A stretch of DNA of 64,000 nucleotides from positions 1 through 64,000 of IMG/VR virus record IMGVR_UViG_3300022751_000018; one strand, written 5' to 3'. This DNA comes from a virus. The translations under genes were made by a program, and so were the position numbers. The notes under the pieces were generated by a model that was not told the DNA's origin, searched no databases, and saw only the letters and a list, made by a program, of their open reading frames with translations. Below, in pieces: positions 38,761 to 48,081 of this stretch (its first letter is position 1; each line of letters opens with the position of its first letter).

Positions 38761-39043
38761 ATTATCGGGCCATCAATAATTTTAATCGCAATTTTTTTAA
38801 TGTAAGGAAAGTAAATGAAAAACAAGACACTTTGTATTTGTATTGCATCAATTGTAATTTCCGCATCAATTTCTTATGTTTTATACTCAAAACATAGGGT
38901 AACTCAGCAATGTGAGCGAGCTTATGATAACTATATAGACTATATGAAAGACATAAATAAGATAGCTATTGACAATGGGTTTGGCGAGCAGTCCGTAGTT
39001 TCTCTTTATCAATTTTGTAAAAATTAAAATAATAAGCATGCTT

Positions 39044-39053
39044 ATTTAAGGGG
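39044..39053. repeat. AAGCATGCTT palindrome copy 5
   Basis: Downstream of the stop of 38815..39027. Confidence 0.5.
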
Positions 39054-39371
39054 CCGACATGTGCAGAAGCGATGATCCTAGTTTCTACGATCCAGACTGG
39101 GAATCAATTGAAAGAGAGAAAATAGTGCTTAGGCGTGATTTAGAAGAAGACTATGCGGACAATATTAACGATGAGGAGTGGCTTAAAAATGAAAGAAATT
39201 AAAAAACGATGCAAAGATTATGTAAAAAAAAGATACACATTTGGATGCACGGTTTCGATGACCTCAAGGGTAGGTGAAGTAGAAGTTACTTTAACAGCTA
39301 GAAGCATTGAAGACCTTCTAAGGCTTAATGATGAGCTGACAAAAAGAGCTGCAAATAATAAAGAGCATTAA

Positions 39372-39381
39372 AAGCATGCTT
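39372..39381. repeat. AAGCATGCTT palindrome copy 6
   Basis: Directly follows the stop of 39153..39371. Confidence 0.5.
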
Positions 39382-39753
39382 ATTTATTAGTGATTAAAGC
39401 TTACTGATGAGTTAATATTTAAAACTTAATAACCAGGAGAAATTCAATGTCAGAAAATTTAAAAATTAATCCAATTCAAGAATCTTTCAAGATTCAAGAG
39501 CTTATAAATGAGAATGCTAGATTGAATGGAGAGCTTAGCTTGACAATGTCAAAGCTTAACCAATCAAAGGGCATGACTCAGAATTTAATTATTCAGCTTA
39601 CTGATCTTCATGGAGAGCTAGAGGTTCTACGTGAAATTAATAATTTTGCAAAAAATATGAATGAAAATAAGGAAAACATAACCCCAGATTCCAATGAAGA
39701 AATTAATGAACCTATTTCCCCTCAGGATATTAAAGAAACAACTGCTGAATAAT

Positions 39754-39763
39754 AAGCATGCTT
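39754..39763. repeat. AAGCATGCTT palindrome copy 7
   Basis: Directly follows the stop of 39447..39752. Confidence 0.5.
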
Positions 39764-39774
39764 ATTTTTATTCT

Positions 39775-39800
39775 AGGGCGTAAATTTAAATACGCCCTGA
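39775..39800. terminator. bidirectional hairpin AGGGCGTAAATTTAAATACGCCCT between convergent genes
   Basis: 8-bp GC-containing stem between the plus-strand gene ending at 39752 and the minus-strand gene ending at 39806. Flanked by T and A tracts. Confidence 0.45.
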
Positions 39801-39805
39801 ATTAA

Positions 39806-40000
39806 TTAAGGATCAAGGCCAAGCTCGGCGCATCTCTGTGCGTACAATTCATAATCTGTAAATGTTTCCATTTCCTCAAGACCCGTAGTCATACACTGGT
39901 CCGGGTCTACTTTTCCATTAGCGTAAATAGTTTCGTTTTCATTGACCACCGTGTACGCAATAAAATACGTAGTTACAAGTGGATAGTTGATTTCGTGCAT
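39806..40000 (-). CDS. hypothetical small protein downstream of the fibre genes (possible fibre assembly factor)
   Basis: 64-aa ORF whose start overlaps the upstream stop. Confidence 0.3.
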   Translation of the reverse strand: MHEINYPLVTTYFIAYTVVNENETIYANGKVDPDQCMTTGLEEMETFTDYELYAQRCAELGLDP

Positions 40001-41049
40001 TATGGCGTCCCCGCGTCAGTAATAAACCAGAATTTTTGAATTAAAGCGTCTCGGCCTGCGATAGCATTAGCCCCTGAATAATGGGCGCTGCCTGCGCTAA
40101 ACGTAACGCCGTTTTGCACTGTTGCCTGCGAAGGCCAGCCGGTTGTTATGTCTAAAAGTTTGTTATAATTTGTAATTGAAAACGCGGAGCCTGTCATCAT
40201 GTTTGCCGCATTAACTAATGCTGAAATACTTAAAAAGCTAACATCTTGATCAAAAGACGCGGCGCCTGAAAACATTAAATCAAAACGCGTGCATAATGTC
40301 GTTGTTCCAAAATTTGTTAGTGGCTGATTAAACGGAGTGTTTTGAAACATGCCGTCACATCTAAGCATTACTGTTGAGTTTAAATTTATCGCGCTATTCA
40401 TGGCAGTGTTTCTAAACATACTGGCATACGAGTTACTTAGCGGAGCGTTGATAGTAACCGGAGAGTTAAAGCTTGTAGCTCCATCTAAAAATGATCCTAT
40501 GGAAGTTGCAAGTGGAGCTTGAATGTTGATCGGCATATTAAATAATACGCAGCTACCGCCTAAAAAGTTTCCAATACTCGTAACGTTACGAAAATTCCAC
40601 TGATTTAAGCTGGGGATTGTTGTGAGCGATGCGCAGCCGAAAAAAAACTGGGTCATGCTCGTAGTTAAACTTAAATCTAAAATATCCGTAGCCGTTATTT
40701 CTAGGTTTGAGCATCCTCGGAATACTCCTGTGCCAGTGACCGGCTTAAAACTTCCCCATCGAGAAATTTCTATAATTTTCAAAAAATTACCCGTGGCGTT
40801 AAATAAAAGTCCGTTAACTTTTCCTGAAATTACTATCGTATAGACGCCTGGCTCTGGGTATATGTGCTCCCATTGCGGATCATTATACGTAGTGATAGTT
40901 GATGACGTACCATCTCCCCAAGCAACAATGCAGTTGTACGATCCAGTGCTTATTGCCGGGAAGATGAACAAATCGTTATCTTCAATGCCAGCGCCAAGGC
41001 TCGTGTCTACTGTAAACGTAAAATTTGAAATTATTCCTCCTGACATCAT
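40000..41049 (-). CDS. tail fibre / receptor-binding-like protein with DUF285 (BspA-type) repeats, paralog A
   Basis: Repeats of the form F.GCSNL...T......MF.GC.SL..IP.LN.WN. Conserved N-terminal block (NC.VAWGDGTSSTITTYND..W.H.YP.PGVYT) and C-terminal block (MMTGSAFSITNYNKLLD.TTGWPSQA) shared with 41049..42449. Confidence 0.5.
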   Translation of the reverse strand: MMSGGIISNFTFTVDTSLGAGIEDNDLFIFPAISTGSYNCIVAWGDGTSSTITTYNDPQWEHIYPEPGVYTIVISGKVNGLLFNATGNFLKIIEISRWGSFKPVTGTGVFRGCSNLEITATDILDLSLTTSMTQFFFGCASLTTIPSLNQWNFRNVTSIGNFLGGSCVLFNMPINIQAPLATSIGSFLDGATSFNSPVTINAPLSNSYASMFRNTAMNSAINLNSTVMLRCDGMFQNTPFNQPLTNFGTTTLCTRFDLMFSGAASFDQDVSFLSISALVNAANMMTGSAFSITNYNKLLDITTGWPSQATVQNGVTFSAGSAHYSGANAIAGRDALIQKFWFITDAGTP

Positions 41050-42449
41050 TAGGGGCTACCTCCGTCCGTAATTGTCCATAAATTAACCGATGTGAGAATA
41101 TTTCTTCCAGTTGTTGGGTTCCCCACGCTGTAATGAGCAGTTCCAGCGCTAAACACAACGTTATTTTTTCTAACCGCTTGAGATGGCCAGCCCGTCACAG
41201 AATCAAGCAATTTATTGTAATTCGTAATATTAAACGCGGATCCTGTAAACATAGTCGCAGCTGATGTTAAATTTGCAATTATCCATAAACTTACATCGGG
41301 ATTTGCCAATGTCGCACCGTTGAACATACTAGTAAACGTTGTCGCAGCATTGGTTAAAAGAGAAATTGTATTGTTAAACGCAACTGCTCCTTGCAAGAAA
41401 GAAAGAAAAGTCGTGCAAAGTGGCGTATTAAAACTAATCGGTTGGTTGAATGAAACACAGTTAAAGAAAAATGAGTTCATCAATGTCACTGCCGCCAACG
41501 TCAATGTTATAGAGCTATTAAATGCAGTAGCGCCATTTAAAAAGCTATTCATCGCCGTGCAATTAGGAAGATTGAAGTTGATCGGTTGATTAAACGAAAT
41601 AGCATTAAAAAACATAACGCTTGCATTCGTAACATTCGTAAAAGTGCCAAGATTAGCGACCGACTGATTAAATGCAGGACAATTTTGAAACATAGCTGAT
41701 ATTGAATTAACAGTAGTTGAATTTAATACGACAGCACTATTAAAAATAGTGCATCCCAATAAAAAAGACGCATAAGACGAGCACGAAGTGGCATCAATAG
41801 TAATCGGTGAATTGAGCTTAATACAATCTCGAAACATTAAATCAATAGTTGTGTTTACTGTAACCCTGATATTTATAGTCATGTTAAGATTTGAGCATCC
41901 TAAAAAACATGAACCGAATGAAATAATATTTAAAAAATTCCATCGGTTAAAGTTGGGTATAGAAACAAGTGATGCGCATCCTGAAAAATATAAATCCATT
42001 CTGTTAGCGCCGGTCATATCAACAATATCTTGCGCAGATATTACTAAGTTAGCGCATCCAGCGAATGCACTGGATTGTTGATTGAATCTAAATGCGCCCC
42101 ATCTCAATATATTTAATAACTTTAATCTATCAGAGTTTGCCGAGCCAAATTGAATGCCATAGAAAATACCAGAAATAACAACTGTATAAACACCTGGCGA
42201 TGGATAGGTGTGAGTCCACGCCGCATCATTAAAAGTGGTAATAGTAGATGTAGTGCCGTCGCCCCATGAAACGACGCAATTGTAAGAACTTCCAGCGCCG
42301 CCGACTGTTGGAAACTTTATTTGATTGCTAGCCGAAGACCCGGTGCTAGTTTTCGTAGTGTCCCATACGGTCGTAAAATTTCTGTTAACGCATCCTGATA
42401 TAATACTCATGAAATTCTCGTCATTTTTATTGAGCCAAAGCCAACGCAT
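41049..42449 (-). CDS. tail fibre / receptor-binding-like protein with DUF285 repeats, paralog B (longer repeat array)
   Basis: Multiple (A/S)FNQ(P/S)I and MF..C..L repeats. Termini homologous to paralog A. Confidence 0.5.
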   Translation of the reverse strand: MRWLWLNKNDENFMSIISGCVNRNFTTVWDTTKTSTGSSASNQIKFPTVGGAGSSYNCVVSWGDGTTSTITTFNDAAWTHTYPSPGVYTVVISGIFYGIQFGSANSDRLKLLNILRWGAFRFNQQSSAFAGCANLVISAQDIVDMTGANRMDLYFSGCASLVSIPNFNRWNFLNIISFGSCFLGCSNLNMTINIRVTVNTTIDLMFRDCIKLNSPITIDATSCSSYASFLLGCTIFNSAVVLNSTTVNSISAMFQNCPAFNQSVANLGTFTNVTNASVMFFNAISFNQPINFNLPNCTAMNSFLNGATAFNSSITLTLAAVTLMNSFFFNCVSFNQPISFNTPLCTTFLSFLQGAVAFNNTISLLTNAATTFTSMFNGATLANPDVSLWIIANLTSAATMFTGSAFNITNYNKLLDSVTGWPSQAVRKNNVVFSAGTAHYSVGNPTTGRNILTSVNLWTITDGGSP

Positions 42450-44158
42450 GAGCCAACAGAAAATGTCGGCTTACCTTTTAGATATAACGCTCCATCGGAA
42501 GTTGTTGAAAAAGTAAATGTTACGATTCCCGCTGTTGACCTAGCGCTTGCTCCAGCAACAAAAGGTGTCGCCCATGCCGTAGTTTCGTCATCTTGTCCTG
42601 CGGTTGATGTGCCTGAAGCCGTTCCTACAAACGCTTCTAAAACCGTTGATGTGATTGTCGTTCCTGCAAAACTTAAATTAGCAGATACCGCCCAATTCCC
42701 TTTTGTGTAATTAAGTGTCGTAACGGGCGTTACTGTCGCAGTCGGCAAGGAAACAGCAGAGGCGAAGGGCACTAGAGCTTTCAACACTTCTCCAACATAG
42801 CCTGTCGGCGGAGTTAAGCCCGTTATTATTCCTAAACCGTTTGATGAGTAACCCGTCCATCCTGTAGCCGTACCATTTATAGTAATTACGGTTGACTGCA
42901 ATGCAGTTGATCCGATCGTTGGGGAGTAACTGTTAGATGTTGACCATACTATATTTGCCCAAGAAACAGTTCGTCCGCCCACTGCATCTTGAATTAATTC
43001 TACGTTAAATTGACGGTCTTGTGTGCCTGTTGGAATTGCTGCTAGCGTGATTACACAGTTTCCGGTCAACGTGATTTTTTGATATGGTCCGTTAGCGGGA
43101 TCAATAGTTATCGCGGTGCCTGAGTTAGCAGAAAAAACTGTAATCGTGTCAACTGCGCCGGTGTGATCGATTGTCGGCGTAGTTATTTTTGTTACGAATG
43201 TCGGAGAAGTGTTAAATACTGCAACACCTGTGCCCGTCTCATCCGTCAGTGCCGCAAGTAAATTTGCAGAGCTTGGTGTAACTAAAAAAGTATTCACGCC
43301 AGTACCGGGAACAGTAGGCCCGTATTGTACGTTCCACTGTGCCGCTGTCGTGCCGACAATTGCGTTGCAAGTTAAAAGCACATAAGTTTTAGCCTGCATT
43401 ATCTGAATCACACTGCCGCCTACGCTGTAGAGAGTAGTTAGCGCAGTGCTATTGTTCGAAAAATAGTATTGTTTTCCGACGTACAATCCCGTGACTGCTG
43501 GTGCTGTTATATCTTGATTGATAGTCCCAGTAACATTTTGGATAGTCGCGCTGACGCTTGTTAATGTAACAATTGAAGCCGAAGAAACAATTGTATTGTA
43601 TGGAAGTTGCCCTTCCCATGATGTTTGGCCGCGATAAATTGTTAGACCTGGAGTCGTTCCGAAGGTTCCGTTAAATAAATTTGTGTAAGCTAAGTTTGAT
43701 GATCCAATCGCCACTGCGGGTGATTGAAGATAAAAAGCATCTCCACCATTTACGGTGCCTTGTTGTACAACGATATAGCCGACGGAGTTAATCTTTTCAA
43801 TTGTGTCATAATTTGTCGCTCGCTCAAGAACCGCAGGTGCTCCCGCTGAGCTGACTTTTAAAAGATAAATACCATTTGCATGTCCGCCATAGGTAGTATC
43901 GTTTTTATACAGTATGTTAGTCAAAGGCGGCGTTACACCGTCCATGTCAAAAACTCCATTCGATGGAGCGGTTAACGTCGCGCCTACGCCGTCTACTCCA
44001 TTGTCGTACACGTAGCCTGTTAGATTAGCTGTTGACGCCAAAAACACGCTAGCTTGACCTCCGCCACTTCCGCTGCCGCCACCGCCTCCGCCAGAGCCAT
44101 TAAGATTTACCCCAAAAACAGCGCATAGATAGAGAAAAGTACTATAATTTAAAGTCAT
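42407..44158 (-). CDS. large fibre-like protein with N-terminal signal-peptide-like segment and Gly-rich linker
   Basis: MTLNYSTFLYLCAVFGVNLNGSGGGGGGSGSGGG, followed by a Thr/Ser/Gly/Asn-rich beta-type sequence 583 aa long. Confidence 0.4.
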   Translation of the reverse strand: MTLNYSTFLYLCAVFGVNLNGSGGGGGGSGSGGGQASVFLASTANLTGYVYDNGVDGVGATLTAPSNGVFDMDGVTPPLTNILYKNDTTYGGHANGIYLLKVSSAGAPAVLERATNYDTIEKINSVGYIVVQQGTVNGGDAFYLQSPAVAIGSSNLAYTNLFNGTFGTTPGLTIYRGQTSWEGQLPYNTIVSSASIVTLTSVSATIQNVTGTINQDITAPAVTGLYVGKQYYFSNNSTALTTLYSVGGSVIQIMQAKTYVLLTCNAIVGTTAAQWNVQYGPTVPGTGVNTFLVTPSSANLLAALTDETGTGVAVFNTSPTFVTKITTPTIDHTGAVDTITVFSANSGTAITIDPANGPYQKITLTGNCVITLAAIPTGTQDRQFNVELIQDAVGGRTVSWANIVWSTSNSYSPTIGSTALQSTVITINGTATGWTGYSSNGLGIITGLTPPTGYVGEVLKALVPFASAVSLPTATVTPVTTLNYTKGNWAVSANLSFAGTTITSTVLEAFVGTASGTSTAGQDDETTAWATPFVAGASARSTAGIVTFTFSTTSDGALYLKGKPTFSVGSCVGFGSIKMTRIS

Positions 44159-44170
44159 TTTTTTTACCTT

Positions 44171-44428
44171 TTAAGCTGGATTGTTAGGGATAAATTTTGA
44201 CCACCCAGTAATCGAGGTGCCATCATTATAGATAGTCTGAACATACGTAACATTATTTTCTGGTTTAGGAGGGTTTGCGTTTGTAAGACCCTGATATATC
44301 ACTGTTATAGTTTTAGTAAACGTATTTTCTCCAACTGTTTCTGTGGTTAATGTTGCACCGCCTGATTCTAAAGCCGTGGTAAGGTCCATGGATAAATAAA
44401 AAGAAGTGGCTTGTGATTGTGCGCTCAT
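44171..44428 (-). CDS. hypothetical small protein at the start of the fibre module
   Basis: 85-aa ORF. Confidence 0.3.
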   Translation of the reverse strand: MSAQSQATSFYLSMDLTTALESGGATLTTETVGENTFTKTITVIYQGLTNANPPKPENNVTYVQTIYNDGTSITGWSKFIPNNPA

Positions 44429-44606
44429 CTAAATTGCCTCAAATATAAAAACTTATTTCAATAGGTTAGATGATACGGTAAAAAAAAAGTGTTTAAAATA
44501 AGCCCTACCTGTAAGTACAGGCACTTATTTTTTCAATAATTAAAGTATTTTAATGATGGAAGGCATAATTCATGATAAATGGGTTATTAATGGAGCCTGA
44601 ATAAAA

Positions 44607-44762
44607 TTAGCTAAGATTTTCGCTCAGTTTTTTTGAAACTTCTCTGAGATTAGAGATCTTAGCTCGAAAGTGAAAAGGTATTTGTGTTAAATGATTTATC
44701 TCTTGCTCAATTAGATCAATTATAATCTTTAGCTGATAGTCGGTAAATTCTATTTTTTTCAT
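44607..44762 (-). pseudogene. downstream frame of the split TetR-like gene (MKKIEFTDYQLKIIIDLIEQ...), start overlapping the upstream stop (ATGA)
   Basis: 51-aa ORF in another frame beginning within the A7 homopolymer. It may be a genuine frameshifted C-terminal domain, a pseudogene or a coupled small ORF. Confidence 0.25.
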
Positions 44763-45058
44763 ACAAACAAAATTTCTTTAAGCTTTTCTTGGATTTCCGG
44801 TGATAATCCAGAGAAAACAAGTGTTCTATCAAGAATTCCTTCTATGATAATGGAATATTCTAAATCTTCGACTGCCTTCTTAAAAATCAGATCTTTTAAA
44901 GTATCAACTGAGTAAAATACTCCGTAAAATTGCGCATTGCAAATTCCTAACTTACGCCCAATTTTGTAAGTTGTAGTTTTTTTAACTCCTATTTCTTTTG
45001 CCATTTCATAAGCGGCATCAAAAATTGGTTTTTCCCATTTTTTGGTCTTTACAATCAT
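44759..45058 (-). CDS. TetR-family regulator, N-terminal HTH part (gene split at an A7 run)
   Basis: IGVKKTTTYKIGRKLGICNAQFYGVFYSVDTLKDL fits the TetR HTH signature. The ORF ends at TGA inside GTATGAAAAAAATAG, where a second frame starts. Confidence 0.45.
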   Translation of the reverse strand: MIVKTKKWEKPIFDAAYEMAKEIGVKKTTTYKIGRKLGICNAQFYGVFYSVDTLKDLIFKKAVEDLEYSIIIEGILDRTLVFSGLSPEIQEKLKEILFV

Positions 45059-45131
45059 CGCAAGATATACTCAATTAAATATTTACTGACATTAAATTTT
45101 ATGGTAACATACTGATTAGTGTGTTGCAATT

Positions 45132-45869
45132 ATGTTCTACGTGGAGCATTTAAGGAAGAGAGTGAGCGAAGATATTTTAGTTAGGCCTTCTGGCCTTGAT
45201 AGACTAGTTAATTGCCCAGGATCATGGGCTTTAGAAAAGCCTATCCCTAACAAAGACAGTCCTTATGCCATAGAAGGAACAAATGCCCATGTTCATGCGG
45301 CTAAGATATTGAGCCTAGATTTTTTTGATGCTGATTTATTTAACGATGAAAAACAGCTTGAAGGATGGTCTGGATTAATGACCTACTATAATCATGTTCA
45401 TGATTCTCTTGGCAATAAAAAGTCTTTGCTAAAAATTGAGAAAAAAATAAGCCTTACCAACTTACACTCTAAATGTGCTGGAACGCCGGATGCTTTATTT
45501 TATGATGCAGAAAGAGAATATGTTCATATTTTTGACTTTAAGTATGGTTATAATGTGGTTCATGCTGAAAAAAACTGGCAACTTCTTGGATATGCAAGTA
45601 AATTTATCGATGTGGTTCCAAGCACCACGATCTTTAAGCTAAGCATAGTTCAACCCAGAGCTTTAACAAAAGATCCGATACGAGTTAGCGAAGTAAGCTT
45701 TGATGGTATTCTTAATGCTAAAAGAACTATTAGATCAAAGATTGATGAGGCAATGTCGGATAATCCTAGGTTTAAAGTAGGAGAGCACTGCAAGTATTGT
45801 AAGGCTAGGTCTATTTGTGAAGAGTTTAAAAAAAAATCTAATGCAATTATTAACGAACTAAGGAAGTAA
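45132..45869 (+). CDS. PD-(D/E)XK exonuclease, Cas4/RecB-like, with a 4-Cys cluster
   Basis: GTPDALFYD ... VHIFDFKYG (D..D/ExK). Cys at LVNCPGSW plus C-terminal CKYCKARSIC. Sits upstream of recT. Confidence 0.5.
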   Translation: MFYVEHLRKRVSEDILVRPSGLDRLVNCPGSWALEKPIPNKDSPYAIEGTNAHVHAAKILSLDFFDADLFNDEKQLEGWSGLMTYYNHVHDSLGNKKSLLKIEKKISLTNLHSKCAGTPDALFYDAEREYVHIFDFKYGYNVVHAEKNWQLLGYASKFIDVVPSTTIFKLSIVQPRALTKDPIRVSEVSFDGILNAKRTIRSKIDEAMSDNPRFKVGEHCKYCKARSICEEFKKKSNAIINELRK

Positions 45870-45870
45870 A

Positions 45871-46296
45871 ATGACAAAAATTATTGAACTTAAAATGTCG
45901 ATAACAGAAGAGAATCTAAAAATTATTCGTGATGCACTTTGTATGTCATTGCATATTTTATATACTCCACAGCATTTGGAGGGTAAAATATCTGAAGAAT
46001 TTATCCAACTAAGAGATAAATACTACTCAGCCATTGTTAGCGAGGTTAAGGATATTAACTCAGTCCTTAACTATGGAGATAGCGAAACACTGCTTTCCGT
46101 TGAAGATAATAAGCTTTTAAATTCCAAATTTTTTGGGCCTTATATAAAGCAAGTTTCCTCTAATGTCTGCTTACATGCTTTTAGCACTGCATTTAGCGAT
46201 AAACTTATTAATGACTCAGTGACAACACTTTTACAAATTCCAGAATCAGAATGGAACCCAGCAATAACAACACAGGAACAAAAAGAAAATGACTAA
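45871..46296 (+). CDS. hypothetical protein
   Basis: 141-aa ORF. Confidence 0.35.
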   Translation: MTKIIELKMSITEENLKIIRDALCMSLHILYTPQHLEGKISEEFIQLRDKYYSAIVSEVKDINSVLNYGDSETLLSVEDNKLLNSKFFGPYIKQVSSNVCLHAFSTAFSDKLINDSVTTLLQIPESEWNPAITTQEQKEND

Positions 46297-46564
46297 ATTA
46301 TTTGATATTGAAGATACTAGTGATTTAACAGAAGGATGTAAAATACATCTAAAACTAGATAACCTACGTCCAGACACAAAAAAATTGTTGGATTTATTCT
46401 TGAAAAAACAAAAACTTTCTATTGATCAGATCCTAGTTGGACTTAATAGAGAGCATAAAATGGAAAAGAAAAGAAACTGGGTTACGGCAACTTTATATAA
46501 CTTATCTCAAAAAAATAAAGTAAGGAAGGTTGTTGGAGAACAGGGTGTTTATGAAAAAGTATAA
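46289..46564 (+). CDS. hypothetical protein
   Basis: 91-aa ORF. Confidence 0.3.
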   Translation: MTKLFDIEDTSDLTEGCKIHLKLDNLRPDTKKLLDLFLKKQKLSIDQILVGLNREHKMEKKRNWVTATLYNLSQKNKVRKVVGEQGVYEKV

Positions 46565-46702
46565 AGTAACTACGTACGTTGAATGTCGTCACGATATGAT
46601 CGTAGATGCTGATACTGCTCATAAAGCTATGAGAAAATGCAAAGATATTCTAAAAGAAGAATATAAAGATAAAAATCATAGCGAGATGGATATATCAAGC
46701 CA

Positions 46703-47353
46703 GTGGGCAGAAGGTGTTTAATAAAGATGTTAACAACGCCCTTGAATGAAAAATCCAAGTTTTTTAAAGTTAAATTAAAGCCATTAGATGCTGATTTGTC
46801 TAATTGCTATATGATACAAGGCCATGACAATTCGATTAAATATGATACTGAGCAACATTCGATTAATACTAATTACGCATTTATTGACAATAAAGGAGAT
46901 ATAAAAATGGTAACATCAAATTCAGCAGTAGAGCTATCTACTATTCCTCAAGAAGAAAAAATTCACCATTTGCGTGAAAAAAGTATTTCTGAAGAAATAT
47001 TAGAAACCAAAGAGGCCATAAGCACGCTTAAAATGCGCTTAGAAGATCTTGAAAATAAAGCTATAGAATCTATTCGGGAAGGAAAAGAAGTTTCGGGGTT
47101 TAAAGTTGTGCCTCAATTTAGTCGAGTTAAATGGACCCTTAAAGATAATGACGTTATTAAGCTTGCGAGTGCTTATAATGTTATTGTTGCAAAACCTGCG
47201 AAGCTTGAATTGATTACTCCTCTTCAGGCAATTAAAGCAGGGATTCCTAAAGAGATTGTTAAGCAATATTCAAATTCAGAATTTAAAAGCTACAAGCTTG
47301 CCAATGAAGGTGACAAACCTGGCGTTGATGAATTTGATTTTGATTCACTATAA
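46703..47353 (+). CDS. hypothetical protein (coiled-coil middle region). Alternative start at 46727.
   Basis: 216-aa ORF in the recombination module. Confidence 0.35.
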   Translation: MGRRCLIKMLTTPLNEKSKFFKVKLKPLDADLSNCYMIQGHDNSIKYDTEQHSINTNYAFIDNKGDIKMVTSNSAVELSTIPQEEKIHHLREKSISEEILETKEAISTLKMRLEDLENKAIESIREGKEVSGFKVVPQFSRVKWTLKDNDVIKLASAYNVIVAKPAKLELITPLQAIKAGIPKEIVKQYSNSEFKSYKLANEGDKPGVDEFDFDSL

Positions 47354-47363
47354 GGATTTATGG

Positions 47364-47747
47364 ATGATTATCACTGCTTTTAACATGAAATGCGACTACT
47401 GCAAAAATGAAGCGAAGCTTGTTAGTGGCAAGGAAATCTACCCTAGTAGGAAAGATCTTCATAGCTTAAAATTCTGGTCATGCAAGCCTTGCGATGCTTA
47501 TGTGGGATGTCATAAAAGCAGTAAAAATAATGCTCCTCTTGGAATATTAGCCAATGCTGAGCTTCGTAAGGCAAAAAGTGACGCTCATGCTAAGTTTGAC
47601 CCTATGTGGAAATCTGGCCGAAAGACTAGATCATCGGCATATGCGTGGCTTGCTAACGAGCTAGGAATAAAATTTAGCGAATGTCACATTGGGATGTTTG
47701 ATCTTGCTATGTGCAAAAAGGTAATTGGCCTCGTTAATTATGATTAA
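47364..47747 (+). CDS. DUF3268-like zinc-finger protein
   Basis: MKCDYCKNEAKLVSG...CKPCDAYVGCHKSS...PLGILANAELRKAKSDAHAKFDPMWK fits the CxxC...CxxC...PLG.LAN.ELR pattern. RBS AAGGATTTATGGATG. Confidence 0.45.
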   Translation: MIITAFNMKCDYCKNEAKLVSGKEIYPSRKDLHSLKFWSCKPCDAYVGCHKSSKNNAPLGILANAELRKAKSDAHAKFDPMWKSGRKTRSSAYAWLANELGIKFSECHIGMFDLAMCKKVIGLVNYD

Positions 47748-48023
47748 AGAATCTCCAGAAGATATCATTTCTATGCACTGTATATTTGATGTAAGAAATA
47801 CTAAGTGCGCCCGTCTTGAGAGCGCCCAGTGCCTATTATGCAAAACAAGCTCCTGGGTTTGTATAAGTCCTGAGTGCATTTCTGATTTAAACATTACTTT
47901 TCATTTCGCACATTGCAATCAATGCGATAAAGGATGGATGATTCTTGATGAGAAATTCAAGGGTAATTTTATTGGGAATAAATGGCAGCCATTGAAAATA
48001 TCGTAAAATTCATCATAAAATAG

Positions 48024-48051
48024 TTGACATACTTACTGATAGGGGTATAAT
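48024..48051 (+). promoter_or_regulatory. near-consensus promoter TTGACA, 16-nt spacer, TATAAT, with upstream ATCATAAAATAG box; precedes recT
   Basis: Read directly from the sequence. Confidence 0.5.
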
Positions 48052-48081
48052 TTACTTAACTTAATAAAAGGGGAAAGTAAA

